From Negaprion brevirostris (lineage: Eukaryota): a stretch of DNA of 64,000 nt. Position numbers and translations under genes: made by a program. The notes below the pieces were generated by a model. That model had not been told where the DNA came from and ran no database searches. It saw only the letters and a program-made list of their open reading frames with translations. The stretch spans positions 95,730,228 to 95,794,227 of the forward strand of contig JARDVH010000059.1 in NCBI GenBank assembly GCA_030324005.1. Reading direction: 5' to 3'. Of the stretch, positions 34,454-48,344 are shown one piece after another (position 1 is the first letter of the stretch; each line of letters begins with the position of its first letter).

Positions 34454-35285
34454 ATGTCACACTCGGTCGAATGGAGCCTTGATGTCAAGGACTGTCACTT
34501 TCACGTCCCCTCCGGACTTCAGTTCTTTTGTCTGTGTTTGAACCAAGGCTATAATATGGTCAGGAACTGAGTGACCCAAGTGAAACCCAAACTGGGTGTC
34601 TCTGAGCAGGTGCTGCTTAATAGCACTGTTGACCCTTTCCGTCACTTTACTGATGATCAAGAGTAGACTGGATGGTAATTGGCTGGGTTGGATTTGTCCT
34701 GCTTTTTGTGTACAGGACATACCTGGGCAATTTTCCACATTGTCAGGTAGCTGTCAATGTTGTAACTGTACTGGAAGAGCTTGGCTAGGGGAGCAGCAAG
34801 TTCTGGAGCACAAGTCTTCAGTACTATTGTGGGAATGTTATCAGGGCCCTTTGCTTTTGCAGTATCCAGTGCCTCCAACAATTTCTTTATCACGTGGAGT
34901 GAATGAAATTGGCTGGAGACTAGCATCTATGATGCTGGAGACCACTGGAAGAGGCTGAGATCATCCACATGGTACTTGTGGCTGAAGATTACTGCACATG
35001 CTTCAGCCTTATCTTTTCCACTGATTGATGGAGGACCCCAACACTTGAGGATGGGGATATTTGCAGAACCTCCTCCAGTGAATTCTTTAATTGTCCGTCA
35101 CCATTCACGACTGGATGTGGTAGGATTGCAGAGCTTAGATCTGATCCATTGGTTAAGGGATCGCTTAGCTCTGTCCATCATTTGCAAGTTGTCCTGTTTG
35201 GTAACTTCACCAGGTTGACACCTCATTTTTAGATATGCCTGGTGTTGCTCCTGGCATGCCTTCCTGCACTCCCTATTGAACCAGA
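34454..35285 (-). mobile_element. L2-like LINE ORF middle fragment
   Basis: KAKGPDNIPTIVLKTCAPELAAPLAKLF, NPANYHP, QFGF and LDIKAPFDRV motifs. Confidence 0.85.
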
Positions 35286-35639
35286 AAGTGAACTAATGTA
35301 CATGAGATTTTTTTTACCTAAATTTGCATATCATGAGGGTTTGTTATGGAATAATTTGATGTATCTTTAGGTACCAGTTGTCTGCTGGGACGAGTGAATT
35401 CTCATGCCACAAGTTGAAGGTCTCTGGGTTGAAATTCTTTTCCATTGGTATATTTGCACACTGCATCAGGTAATAGGAAACTTGTATGCAGAATAAAACC
35501 TGTTTTACACATTGGGACATGGATTGGCTCAAGATATAAAATGAGGCTATTTTCCCAATTGCTGGATATTTTTGTTTAAACTAACTAGAACCCCACCATT
35601 GTCACAGAGGCACTTTACAATATTTACACTATGCATCTT

Positions 35640-36110
35640 CACAGTTCCCTGAAGATAGCAGGACAAGTAGGTTGATAATTAAGGGATACTTTCATTTGCT
35701 GAAACCTAACAGCAGGGAGATTATGCTAGAACTATATAAAACTGAGTACAAAAGGACAGCTCTGGAGCCTGAATTGCAGAATGGGTGTGACTGCAGTGAA
35801 GATGATAGAGGAGATTTCTAACAAAGTAGTGAGAACGAGAGAATTTGATAGGCTAAAATTGTTTGCTGTGTCTGAAGTTGCTGGAATTCGACGGTGAATT
35901 TTTTCTTTAGCGAGGTCAATAACCAGGGATCATATATTTAAAGTAATTGTAGATAGAGAGGGGGAGGTAGAGAACTTTTCACCCAGAGTGATGGTTTGGG
36001 GATAAAACATCGCCTTTTAAAAGGTTTTTGGCTGTGCACTAGAAGATTCATAGCCTTTGGGTTGTTTCACAAAAGACCTGAAGTGGGATTAGGCTAGATC
36101 ATTTTTTCAG
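35640..36110 (+). mobile_element. Degenerate CR1 3' fragment
   Basis: accagggatcatatatttaaagtaattg and aacttttcacccagagtg, typical of the CR1 3' region. Confidence 0.5.
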
Positions 36111-39100
36111 CTGACATAAACTTTTTTTTTACACTCAACCTTGATGCTCCTTTCTTTGCCATTGTCATACCGTTTCATAATCCTTAATCCTGTTCTGCAC
36201 TTTGTTTTCTATGGTACCATATAGTGGGTCAGTATTACAAATGAGTTGCATTCAACTATTTGGCTTAATTTCTATAACTCTTCTGTTATGCCACTGTTTA
36301 NNNNNNNNNNNNNNNNNNNNNNNNNNNNNNNNNNNNNNNNNNNNNNNNNNNNNNNNNNNNNNNNNNNNNNNNNNNNNNNNNNNNNNNNNNNNNNNNNNNN
36401 NNNNNNNNNNNNNNNNNNNNNNNNNNNNNNNNNNNNNNNNNNNNNNNNNNNNNNNNNNNNNNNNNNNNNNNNNNNNNNNNNNNNNNNNNNNNNNNNNNNN
36501 NNNNNNNNNNNNNNNNNNNNNNNNNNNNNNNNNNNNNNNNNNNNNNNNNNNNNNNNNNNNNNNNNNNNNNNNNNNNNNNNNNNNNNNNNNNNNNNNNNNN
36601 NNNNNNNNNNNNNNNNNNNNNNNNNNNNNNNNNNNNNNNNNNNNNNNNNNNNNNNNNNNNNNNNNNNNNNNNNNNNNNNNNNNNNNNNNNNNNNNNNNNN
36701 NNNNNNNNNNNNNNNNNNNNNNNNNNNNNNNNNNNNNNNNNNNNNNNNNNNNNNNNNNNNNNNNNNNNNNNNNNNNNNNNNNNNNNNNNNNNNNNNNNNN
36801 NNNNNNNNNNNNNNNNNNNNNNNNNNNNNNTTGGAAGAAATTGCAGGCAAGTCATTTCTATCCCACACTTGCACTTTTCAGAAAGTGTCTGAATAATCAG
36901 AAGCACAGGGCACATTGCCCCTTCTGGAATGCCAAAGTTAATTTTCTACTAGTGCCATGTCAGGTTATTAGTATTTTGATAGTAGTATAATCAGAACTGT
37001 AATTGGGATTAATGCCATGGGTATTATTATGCAGAGCCAGGGGTCAGAACTTGGTCTGATTGCATGATTCTATTTAGATTTAATTTATTAATGTTTATTT
37101 TAAGCAAATTCAAGGGTTTTTATATATATATTTTCTCTGCAAAGCTGAACATGAATATTATTGTATAATTCTTGTATTGGCATTCGATCTTTCAAAATAG
37201 TGCATTTATAAATGCCAATAATGTGCAGCAGTTGTTTTGCAGCAATTAGTTTTTATTGTTTGAACTAATTTCACAGGATTATTAATAGCTGCAGTTTATA
37301 ACGTGTGAACTCCAGATTCCTGCATTATACACAATTATTAGAAACATCACAGCGTTAACTATCTCAAAATCCCTTGCATTTTGCAGAAAAACAATAAATA
37401 ATTTCAATTTTGCTAGTAATTGACAAACCTTTTGCCTTCTAGCTCTGATTCTGGCCAGAATTTACTATCAGATTACCATTCTGTACATAAATCATACAGC
37501 AAACTTAAATGGGTCTAACTGCATGATCAAATACCCATCTGGTAGTTGCTATCCAAACTGTGCCATTGCACTTACAGAAACAGTGGGTGGTATTTAATGG
37601 AGTCAACAGGGGTCTGTGCTGCTATCTAGAGAGACCCCACCCACCCCTGGTGCCAATCATGCACTTAACTAGGTAGCAGCAGATCTTCCCCAGGATCAAG
37701 GGTTGCAGGCTGATGGGGAGGCGGTGGCTACTACTGGTACCACATCCAGCTGAGGCACTGGTTACTGATAGACTCAGCCACAGGTGAGTGGGCGATGGGA
37801 GTCAGCAGCAAGAGTTGGTTTTTGCAGCCCTCTCTACCCACTTTCTGACATCTTAAAGGTTCTCATCCCCTGTCCATGGAATCTGTTAACAACCCTCACA
37901 GGATTTGTATTTTTGGATTTCCACATGGATCCTGCTTGCTGGGTCAATTCTAGTGGCAACAGGAAGAGGCCTTTAAGTGGGCATTAATTGCCTTTTCACT
38001 ATAGGCAATTAACATCATTTGAGGCAGTACCGGGGGAGGGTGTGGTCCCACTCTGATCATCCTGCCTGATTAAATGCCCTCCTTCTCTAAACTCTCCATG
38101 GGGGAGGGCTGGTTCAAATTTTCTGATCATTAACAATGCAATTAGACCAATAGATTAAAGCACCAATGCCAGGTGTTCTGTGGTGAGCACTGCACTGTTT
38201 CTCACTTCCTTGTTCAGTTTGCCAGATTAAGGTTCATGGAAATTACATGGGCAAGGATTAGATGAAGAGTGCCATTTGTTCACTGGCTACGTGAAATTCT
38301 AACCCAATATTTTTAGAAATATTTTTGTAGCCTATTTCCCTCACCCTCTTGGTTTATAAACCTATTCTTACCCCATAATTATTTTTAACCTAGTTACTGG
38401 TTTTAAAGAATACATTACTTGCCTAGTTAACTTCTGCTATCTAGAGAACTGAGGGACAGGAAGGTGGATGGATAAGAATTTGGACTCTACTCAAAACTGT
38501 GCAGCCCTTAGCCCTTGAATGAGAGAACTTCAGGAAATTATAGAGGGACATCTATAATGTTCTTGCCTTGGTGGTGGGTTACTTAGGCTAGTGAGTGGGC
38601 TGCAAGATTGAAATCAGGCTTGTTCTCTAACCATGACCCCATGAATATGATTAAATACAATTAATACATGCTGAATAAATACTTCATAATAAAAGTGCTT
38701 AATTATATTAGTAGAATATCAGTGACTTCAAATGATAAAACAATGAATATTTACACTTTGGAAGAAAAGGTGCACAGTTCTTGCAGTGTGTTATGTGCAA
38801 TCAGCATACACTGCTCTTGCTTTACATGCATATCACTTCTTCAGTCATACTCTTAGGAGATGGACAAAAATTGGAATGTGGCACCCTGCAAGTAAGCAAC
38901 AGTCAACAAAATGTCTCGTGGGCTGCAAATTGCCTACCACTGTCTCTCCTTCCTCTTCATGCCCTGAAATGGAAATTGTCTGGTTTAGGGGATTTGTCAT
39001 TCTTCATCCATGTTGTTATTTTGCTTGTGTTACTTTTGGTGAGTTCCTTTGTGATTCAGCATTAGTTTCTGAGATGTCCAGCATATTTATAGTGGACGAA

Positions 39101-39681
39101 GAGGTCAGCATAGGAGAAGGATCACACAGTCCTTGCAGTGCAGAAAGAGGCCTTGGCCCATCGAGTCTGTACTGACTCTCCAACAAAGCATCTTATCCAG
39201 GCTCACTTCCCACCCTATCCCCTTAGAATCCCTGTAGTACAGAAGGAACCATTTGACCCGTCGAGCCTTCATTGACAACAATCCCAACCAGGGATGTTTT
39301 GCAATTTGTCTTCTATCAGGAAGACAGACGCAACTTATGTTTTCATGGTAGAAGACTTGATTAGCTCTAGTTGTAATGGTTTCCTTTCAAGGAATAGGCT
39401 AGGGCCTTGTAAATCTCTATGGAATGAATCTAATGGTTAAAATTTTGCAAAATGAGGCAGTACATATAGAACAGAAAGAGAATTAAAATAGTTTTAACAA
39501 CAACTTGTATGTATTCCTTTAACACAGGAAAATATTCAAACACTAGTGATTTTTTTTTTAAAAAACTAGTACTAAATCAAAGGAAGAAAAATTAGGAGTG
39601 GTGAGCAAAGGCTTGATTAGCGAGATGAGAGCTAAATTTAGGAAGAAATTCCAGGGGTGTGGGTCTGGGCTGTTGAGAGCA

Positions 39682-39989
39682 CAGTTAGCATTGGTAGATT
39701 GAAAAGAGTGATGGCGCACAAGAAGCTACAAAATGCAAAGGCTGGTTTTTCAGTGTACAATATCCTCAATCCTGATTCATTACAGTGCTTCAGTTTTGTC
39801 TCAATTTTTGCCTCAAATCTTTGGCATTATCACCTTAACAATATTGGGTGTACTGGTGATGAATTGTAATTGTAATGAATTAGCATTGTAATGAATTAGG
39901 ATTGAGGATATTGTACACTGAAAAACCAACCTTTGCATTTTGTACCTTCTTGTGCACCATCACTCCTTTCAATCTGCCATCACTAACTG
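39682..39989. repeat. ~108-bp-arm inverted repeat with a ~92-nt loop
   Basis: 39682-39789 matches the reverse complement of 39882-39989 at roughly 90% by eye. Confidence 0.9.
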
Positions 39990-40109
39990 ATCAGGTGAAG
40001 TAATCGCTGAGTATAGTTCTATTATTCCAGTAAATGTACTGTTACACTTTTCATGTGGGCCAGTGATCTTTTCACTTTCACTTCCACTCACCTGTCATTT
40101 TTTTTCTAG

Positions 40110-40600
40110 CTTGCTTAATTGCCGATGGTGAGCAGGCATGTTGCCTTTAGAACTGAGACTGATTGATTTAATCTTTCAGTCATCTAGCTGGCATAATTGC
40201 TTGTCAGTCTGGGCTAGATTTATTATTACTTTAATTTTTATATAGGTATAACCAATGATGCATACATTTGATATGTTGAATTTTAATATCAATCTGCACT
40301 TAAACTTTCTGGTTTCAAAATATGTTATTAAATTGCTTGAAGAAATTAGTCTTCTACAAATATTCTTTCCTAGTAATTGCACCATCTGGAATATAAGCAG
40401 TAAATACTTCTACGTTCATTCTTGTGGAGATTGGGTAAGTCCTAAAGACGATCATACTTTATGATGTGTGACATACCTGGATCATAATTTCTGTGTGGTT
40501 AACAAATAATATAGCTTTGGTTTTTTTTGTCCAGGTAGATGTGACCCATGGACGTGAGAAGCTTCATTTCCAGCAAGGGGATGCAAAGAANNNNNNNNNN
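40110..40600 (+). other. Cluster of putative short exons (40110-40127, 40374-40434, from 40535)
   Basis: tttttttctAG..ATG/GTGAGC; ttctttcctAG..TGG/GTAAGT; ttttttttgtccAG. No convincing long ORF. Confidence 0.45.
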
Positions 40601-42603
40601 TATGATGGCTCGTTGCAAAAACATCTCTAGTCTGCTCTTTTCCTGTCTGTGGGATAAGAAAAACTGGGACCAAGCAAACTTCTGAGCAACTCTTCATCCT
40701 AACCTATGTTGGGACATCTAAAGTATGAAGATAGTAATGTGAATCATTTATTAATTGAAGATTTGGTTTTTTTGATCCAGAATGTAGACTACTAAATCTA
40801 TGCACAATCTGGTTTGTAAGTCAGATTTATTTCAGTCATTGCTGTTCAATGCAAAATATTGTCTTTACACAGTAGCCCACATTTTAGAGTTTATTTGACT
40901 ACAATTGTACAAACGAAGCTATGTTAATTTTGAATGTGCTTTTTTGGTTTACGTGGAACCCAATCCACTTTAGTCATGTTAAGAGCACTTGATTTCTTTG
41001 TGTTGATTATCCTGTGGCTTTCAAGGATCACAGTGTTGCTATAGGAACATGAAGTGTGTTTATAAATCTTGTATTTCTCAGAAACTTGCAGGATTAAAAT
41101 GAAAATCCGGAAAATTAAATGAAACCACTTCCTTGAACTTGGTGCAGGATTTCCAAGAATAATCTTTGGCAGTAGATCTTTTGTACAATTAACCAACTCT
41201 TCCCATTTCAATGTTCCTACTATTAAACAAAATTAAAGATCAATTAGATATAATTTGATTTGATTTAGTATGTTTGATCCTGATTTGTACATCTGTGAAT
41301 TTTTATTTATGGGTGGGCATTGCTGGCTCTGCTAACATTTATTGCCTTTGAAGGTAATGGTAAGCATGCCATATAATTTAATTGTATCCTTTATTGATCC
41401 TGTTTAATTAATCATTGAGGACTGGGAGTCCTCAATATGGTGCTGTAAATGAGCTTTCTTTGAAGAATTTTAACTTTGAATAGGAAATCACTTTTAAGAT
41501 TCTTCCAAAACTACTTCAGCAAAACACATTTGTACAAAGATATATCTGAAAGCATTTTAATTCAAAGGGGGTCCATGTACATGCACAAGTAATGGCCATT
41601 TTGCAGTTAATTAGTGTTGATCGAGAAGAATTGGTTAGGGAGTCCACTATAGCCTTTGTTCTTTCAAAGCCCAGAGAAAAAGAAATATAACTGTTTAACA
41701 TCAAAAAATATTNNNNNNNNNNATGTTAACTTCTATATTGTGCAGGTTTTGATTTTAGTCATACTCATTTTTCTTTTGATCTATGTAAATTGATTATATT
41801 TGATCATAAATTCTGTTGTCTTGTATGAGACCCAGACGTCAGATCCCACAACATTTAAACAGTACTTGATGCTTCAAGGTCTTTACAATGGCTTGTAAAG
41901 ACAAACAAAGGCAAGATAGTGCTGACTTATGTCATTTGAGGTATTAACCTCATTGACATTTCATTTGCTTCATGTGACCAATTCAGACTACTATATTTGG
42001 ATCCATATAATAATGAGACAAACAGGTAGCCCTCAACAGTACTGTTACACTAAAAGAAACCTGTACCAAGAATAAAGACCTGATTCAACAGACTACATCA
42101 ATCATTCCAGATCTACATCTAGAATTGTGTGCACTTACTGTGGTTAGTCATTCACTGACATCATAATTTGGAAGTTAACTCACTTCTGGGTGTGTTGAAT
42201 GAATGATTAAGCAGGCATTGTGCAAAGCTTGCAAATAAAATATTGCCAGCAGTGTCTTTCAGAAACCCAGATCAAAGCATAAACTACTTTGGCAAATTAA
42301 CTGTACGATTAATAGAAATTCAGGTTCATCTAAAAGCAAAATTCACTTACCAGAGAACTTTATTGAATTTTAATTTATTGCAGATCATCCCACAATTTAA
42401 AACTTTTCCTAAAGTTTTGACTAAACAGAATCTGATCTTGACCCATCAATTCAAAAATCCTGCACTTTTTCCAACTGGATCATTGTAATAAATGGTAATC
42501 AATTTCCAGCAATCTGAAAGGATGTCAGATTAGGATGTTAATTGTTCTACATTGTTGTCTAGTGACACATGGCTCCCATTTCTTTGACTGTATTTAAATA
42601 CAG

Positions 42604-43078
42604 GCTCTCTCTAATGATGTGTGGTTTGGTTTTGTCGGTACTCAGCCACAGCAGGAACTCTGCCGTGGCTGAAGCCGTTGGATTCGTACCTGCTGTACAT
42701 GGTCCTGAGCGGAGTAGCTCAGTTCCTTTACTGTGTGCTGGTTGGAACTTTGCCTTTCAACTCCCTTCCTGTCTGGATTCTTTGTGTGGGGGCCTTTTGT
42801 GCCGGCAGTTTGCTTGCAGGTACAAATCAACCCTCAGAACAAAGAAGATTTCATTTGATATCTCACCAGTGTGAGCATTTGCAAACTTTTACTTTGCCAG
42901 CACCATTTTTCATCTGGTGATGACCAATTTCATAGATTGAGTATACGCATTGTCGTGCAGCAAAAATGATGAGGGGAACTGGAACTCATATTGCTGCTGT
43001 GATGGATCTGTTTGAACTCTGTTTACACTTTGTTTCATTCCATATGTATGCATAAAAATTAACTTTTTATTTAAAAAA
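42604..43078 (+). pseudogene. DAD1: Processed pseudogene of DAD1 (oligosaccharyltransferase subunit)
   Basis: Across frames 42617-42940 it reads MCGLVLSVLS../[86 protein letters not shown], collinear with DAD1. Several frameshifts, one stop, no introns, CATAAA plus an A-run, and a probable TSD ttaaatacag/ttacatacag. Confidence 0.93.
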
Positions 43079-43569
43079 TTACATACAGCATATTGTCCTG
43101 TAGAAAGAAGATCTTTTTTATGTCTAAAATCTGAAGAAACAACTAGATGTGATTTGGAGTGGGGTAGTCAGTCTACTTGCATTCAATGCAAAAACTCTCA
43201 TCTCCACATGCTGGGGCTGTCTGAAAGAGTCTTAAATCTTCTGACATTCTACCACAAAGTTCAATTTATTGTATTAAGGGACCAAATTGTATCACTGCTT
43301 AAACACTTCTATGTCTAGTGTCATCTCTGACAGATATTTAACCTTCCTCCAATTTACTTTCGTAAAATTCTCTTGCCCAACTAGTCAGTGTAAAAGAATT
43401 TGAAGCTTAAGTGAAGGTCTATTTGCACAAGTTTAACACTGGAAATACTTTGATCAGTCAACATATGGCACAGAGAACAAACAAGTTAATGTTTTAATTG
43501 TAAACCTTTGTGATAGCCACAGCATTTTGACTGGCTTACTCAGTCATAGTTTGCATAATGTAGTAGTCA

Positions 43570-43925
43570 GCTTGAATCAATGATTCAGGAGATTGAATTT
43601 AAACTCCATATTCAGAAATAAAGCACATAATCCAATCCTAACCATCAGTACTGCATTGTCTGAAGTGTTTTCCTCCTCAGATGTTAAACTGAGACCCTGC
43701 CTGTACAAGTTGTCTTAAATTTCATGGCATCATACGCAGCAAAAAAAAAACCTCTGGCTCACATTTGTCCTTCAATCAACAGGACTTCAGAGATACTGTT
43801 TGACCACTTACCTGTTTGTCGGACCTTGCTTTGTGCAAAGTAATTGCCATATCTGCATATATAACCTATAAAAGTACTCCATTTGCTGAATATTTTTGTA
43901 TAATATGAAATAATTACAAGTTTTT
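43570..43925 (+). mobile_element. Deu-domain SINE, degenerate
   Basis: gcacataatc..cagtactgcattgtc..cagatgttaaactgagacc core. Confidence 0.5.
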
Positions 43926-46094
43926 ATTTTTAGTGCTGTAGAATTTGTATATGAATATATAATATCCTATTCTTTCCACTTGCCCTTGGTACAAGCAAAG
44001 TTTCAGCTGCACCCAGCTTAAATGTGATCTTTTAAGTTTGCAATTTAAGGTATAATTCCCAACTTTGTTGCTTTGGGAGCCTTGCCATTTTGCCCATCCG
44101 TTTTGCATGTTCTTTTGTGAGGAGCAAGCCTGACATTACGGAGTATGAAGTCTGCATTGTACGCATGCATGTCCTGGTAATAAACCTAGTGTTATCTGCA
44201 TTTTTGCAATTTTAAACTAATTCTTATGAACACATTTTTCAGACTGCAAGTGACATATAAATCTTTTGATATCTTGAATGTAAAATCAACAGGCACAATC
44301 TAATAATAGTGACCAGCTATAAAAAAGAAGCATGTATGAATTGCTATTGTTGCCTTTCCCATTCTGGACAATAGACAAAACCAATTTTTTTCTGATTGTT
44401 GCTATGAGATTTTACTGCTCTGTCTTCTGGTGACATAACCTGGTACTCCATGCAGATGAGACTATAACAACGATGACTCGATTCTCCAATTTAAATGTAA
44501 CAACAACTCTGAACTAGGAACAGGGATTTGATTGGTGCTTTGCATCTGAAAATTGAATGTTGCTTCCCTGTATTGATAGCTACTAAATTACAAAATATCT
44601 CTACGAGACTTCTCCCTTACTTTACCTCCTTCCATTCATTACTTCTTTCTCCCAGTTGAGATCTCTCAAGATTTTGTTCAGTCCCTATTTATATTTGAAA
44701 ATGTACTTTTGTAGAATTATGAACAATGGTAGTATCCTAATAATCTGGATTGCAAAATAAAGGACATTCAACCCTTCTCAATTTAAGCATCCTAAGGACC
44801 TTAATTACAACCACTCAACTCTGTTCCTTAAAATGCCCAAGATTCTCTAATATTTCCTTAGGCTCAGTCCCTTAATAATGTAGATTGGCATCCAACAGTC
44901 TTCTAAGATATGGCATGACCAGAGTATTATACAGTTTAATCATAACTTCCTCCAACATGTTTTTCTATTGTTTTATTGTATAGTTGATTTTGTTCTGCAT
45001 TCGTCAGTGTTAGCATTCTCTTTTGTCTTAGTCAGAAGGTCGTTCAAACTACACTGATTTTAAGTGCACAATTCATACTGATAATTCAACGCATCATGAA
45101 GGTGTGTTGTACCATTGGCTAGACAGACGTGTTAAACAAGGCATTGAGTGTCTTCAGATGCAAAATGTCTTTTACAATAGGTTGCAGATGGGTCCTATCA
45201 AGCACAAACCAACAGTAGCACAGTAACTGAGTGACTAGAGATGTACTTACCTAGATGTTGTCTAGTTCTAGATGGCCACTATACCCCTATGAAGAATAAA
45301 AATCTGATCATGGATTCATAACTTGCACCCTACTAAACCAGAACATATCTGTCAGACTTTTCTGACTTCTCCCATTCATGAATCCTAATGTCTGTATATT
45401 TCTGACCTTCTGAGCTCTTGGTCTGTTGGAGCCAGGAAAGAGAGATCCTTGTAGTCTACAGATGTGCAAGATGGGAGAGATGACATCACTGAAGATGTGC
45501 CAGCCATGATACAATTGGCTGGATAGGGCAGAATCTAATAAAGAGCCGTCTTACTGAAATCCACAGAGGAAGATGGTGTGATTGACATGGTTGAGTGCTC
45601 CAAAGGTCAAGATAAACTGGTAGAGGTTATGTACTGTGACTTTAGGCTTCACCCCTGCTAAAATACTAATCAGAATGTTTCCAAGTGTGAAATTGTGGGC
45701 CAGATTGGCTTTGGTTTGGAGGACTTTGAACAGAAAGCTGGGATAGAGCTGCAAAGGGAGTTTGAGGGTAGCTTTTTGGTGTGGGTAAAAACAGCAGTTT
45801 TGGAAGGAAGATAAGACTGTGTCAGCTGTCAGATAACTTGTAAGTCAGGAAGGGACGTTTAGTCAGCAATTTAGTGGGATTGGGGCCAAAGGAATAGGAG
45901 GTTTTCTATTTCTCTATTGCACTTGCATTTTTCTGCCACGATTTGTAAATAAGAAAACATTCTTGAACTATTTATTCATCCATTTTTCCATTGTATTAAA
46001 AAGCCTTTTAGTTTCTTTATCATTTATCGGTCTTTTTTATGTTGACTTTGCAGGTTGCAGTATTTCAGATGTAATTCCAGTTACCTTTCTAAAT

Positions 46095-48340
46095 TAATTG
46101 AACATTTCAGCCTCAACCACCAACTTGGGCAATGGATTCCAGATGCCCACCAACCTCTGGGTGAAAAGGTTTTTCCCTGTGTCCCCTCCAATCCTTCTAC
46201 CAATCATCTTAAATCTATGCCCCCTTGTAATTGACTCCCTCAGCTAGGGGAACCAAATCTCTCCTGTATCCCCTATCTAAGCCCCTCATAATTTCATACA
46301 TTTCAATTAGATCACATCTTAGCCTTCTCCCTTCTAAAGAAAACAGTCCCAGCCTATCCAATCTCTCCACACAGCTGCAATTTTCAAGCCCTAGCAATAT
46401 TTTTAAAATTATTGTCCCAGAGCAATTTTGTCCTTTCTGTAATGTGACCTGAACTGTACACAAAATTTGAGCTGTGTCCTAAGCAGTATTGTATAGAATT
46501 TGATTATTACATCCCTGATTCTTAACGCAATAAAGGAAATAATCCAATTTGTTTTATCAACCTGTTTGCCACCTTTAAGGACCTGTGGACATGCACTCCA
46601 AGACCTTGCTTCTTCAACTCCTCTCAATATTTTCCTGATAAACGAGTATTCCATTGCTTTGTTTGCCTTCACAAATGCATTATTTCACACTTTTCCAGAT
46701 TGAATTATATTTGACACTTCTCTGTCTGCTCAATCAAATGATTAATATTGTTCTGGAGTTAACAGATATCTTCACTATCAAATACAAGACAATTTTTGTG
46801 CCATTTGCAAATTTCCCAATCATGCTTCCTGCATTTAAGTCTAAATTATTAATACAACAAACACCAAGGGACCCAACACTGGGTCCTGTGGAACACAACT
46901 GCTTTCCATTTACAAAAACATCCATCATTCATCATCCTTTCCTGGCACAGCCATTTTTTTGTTTTACCAACCTGCCACATTCCCTCTTCTGCTATGCAAT
47001 CTCACTTTTCTGACCAGTCTGTTATGTGGGACCTTATCAAATCCCTTACTGAAATCCATGTAGATAAAATCCATGGCCTTACCCTCATCAATTTTCCATG
47101 TTACTTCCTTAAAACATTCTATTAAATATGATCTTCCCCAAACAAAAGCATGCTGACTATCCCTGATCAATCTCTGCCTTTTTAAATGACAATGTATCTT
47201 GTTTCAGAATTTTCCAATAATTTGCCAATCATTGAAGTCAGATTGGCTAGCCTTTAGATTTTAGCTTATATCCCAAACCATTTTTAAATTATCAATAATT
47301 ACATGCCTCCAATTTGTTGGAACCTCGTGTATTCTAGTGATGATTAGAAAATGATCTTTAAACCATCCGCTATTTCTTCCCTCGCTTCCTTCAACAGCTT
47401 ACCATACAACCCATCAGGCGATTTATCCACCTTAAAGGATGCCAGTACCTTCAATACTTCCTGTCTTGTAGACTTACTGTATCTAATATTTCAAACTCCT
47501 ATTTAAATAGAATGATTCATCCCTGTCCTTAGAGAAGACAGACAATGTACTCATTCAGAACACTGCCTAATATTCTGAATCAACCCACAAGTTATCATGT
47601 ATGTTACTGAGGTTCTACCTTTCCCTTAGTTATTCTCTTGCTCTTCATATATTGGTAAAACATGTTAGGATTTTCTTTGATTTCCCTGTGAACATTTTCT
47701 CTTATGCTTTCTTGGTTTTTCTAATTTCCATTTTTACTTCACCTCTGTACTTTCTATACTTCTCTAGCCTCTCTACAGAATTAAGTTTTGTGACTATCAT
47801 AATTTTCTTTTTCTGCTTTATCTTGGCCTGTAAGCTTCTGGATAACAAGGGTTTTATTTTTTTGCAGTATCATCCTCTTTCTTTCAGGGAACATGTCTAC
47901 ACTGCGCCAGTAGACTTGTGTCACCCAGTGTTTTAACAGTTTTTCCTTCTAATAGTTGTATCCTGTCCACTCTTTCCAGCTCAGCTCTCAACTTTGTAAA
48001 AAATTGTCTTCTCTGTTAGGATTTTAATTTTAACTCCTGTTCGGTCCTTTTCCATAATTATGCTAAATCTAACTATGTTTTGGTCACCGTCCCCAAAATG
48101 GTCCCCCATTGCTACTTCATCCACTCACCAGGCTTCATTTCCTAAGACTAAGTCTAGAATTGCTGTCCCTCTCATTGGTCTTGGAAGTGCTAGCCAAAGA
48201 AAGTTCTCTTGACTGCAGTTCAAGAATTTTGCCCTTCACTGTTGGTATCCCAATTGATATTTGGGCAGTTGAAGTTCCCAATAATTACTGCTATACTGTT
48301 TTTGCACTTAGAAATCTGTCTACATTTTTGGTCTTCTAAC
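46095..48340 (-). mobile_element. Long degenerate CR1 ORF2 fragment (EN-RT-C-terminus)
   Basis: IGNFNCPNI, SQHAFVWGRS, YMDFSKGFDKVPH, KFANGTK and RLGLFSLEGRRLRCDLIE motifs. Confidence 0.85.
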
Positions 48341-48344
48341 ACGC

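Noticed and set aside
36202-36990. 200-262-aa ORFs
   Set aside because: Almost entirely read-through of a 530-N gap. The other X-containing ORFs are similarly inflated.
42621-42920. 99-aa ORF as a functional DAD1 gene
   Set aside because: Homology switches frames several times, there is an in-frame stop, and there are no introns; it is a pseudogene.
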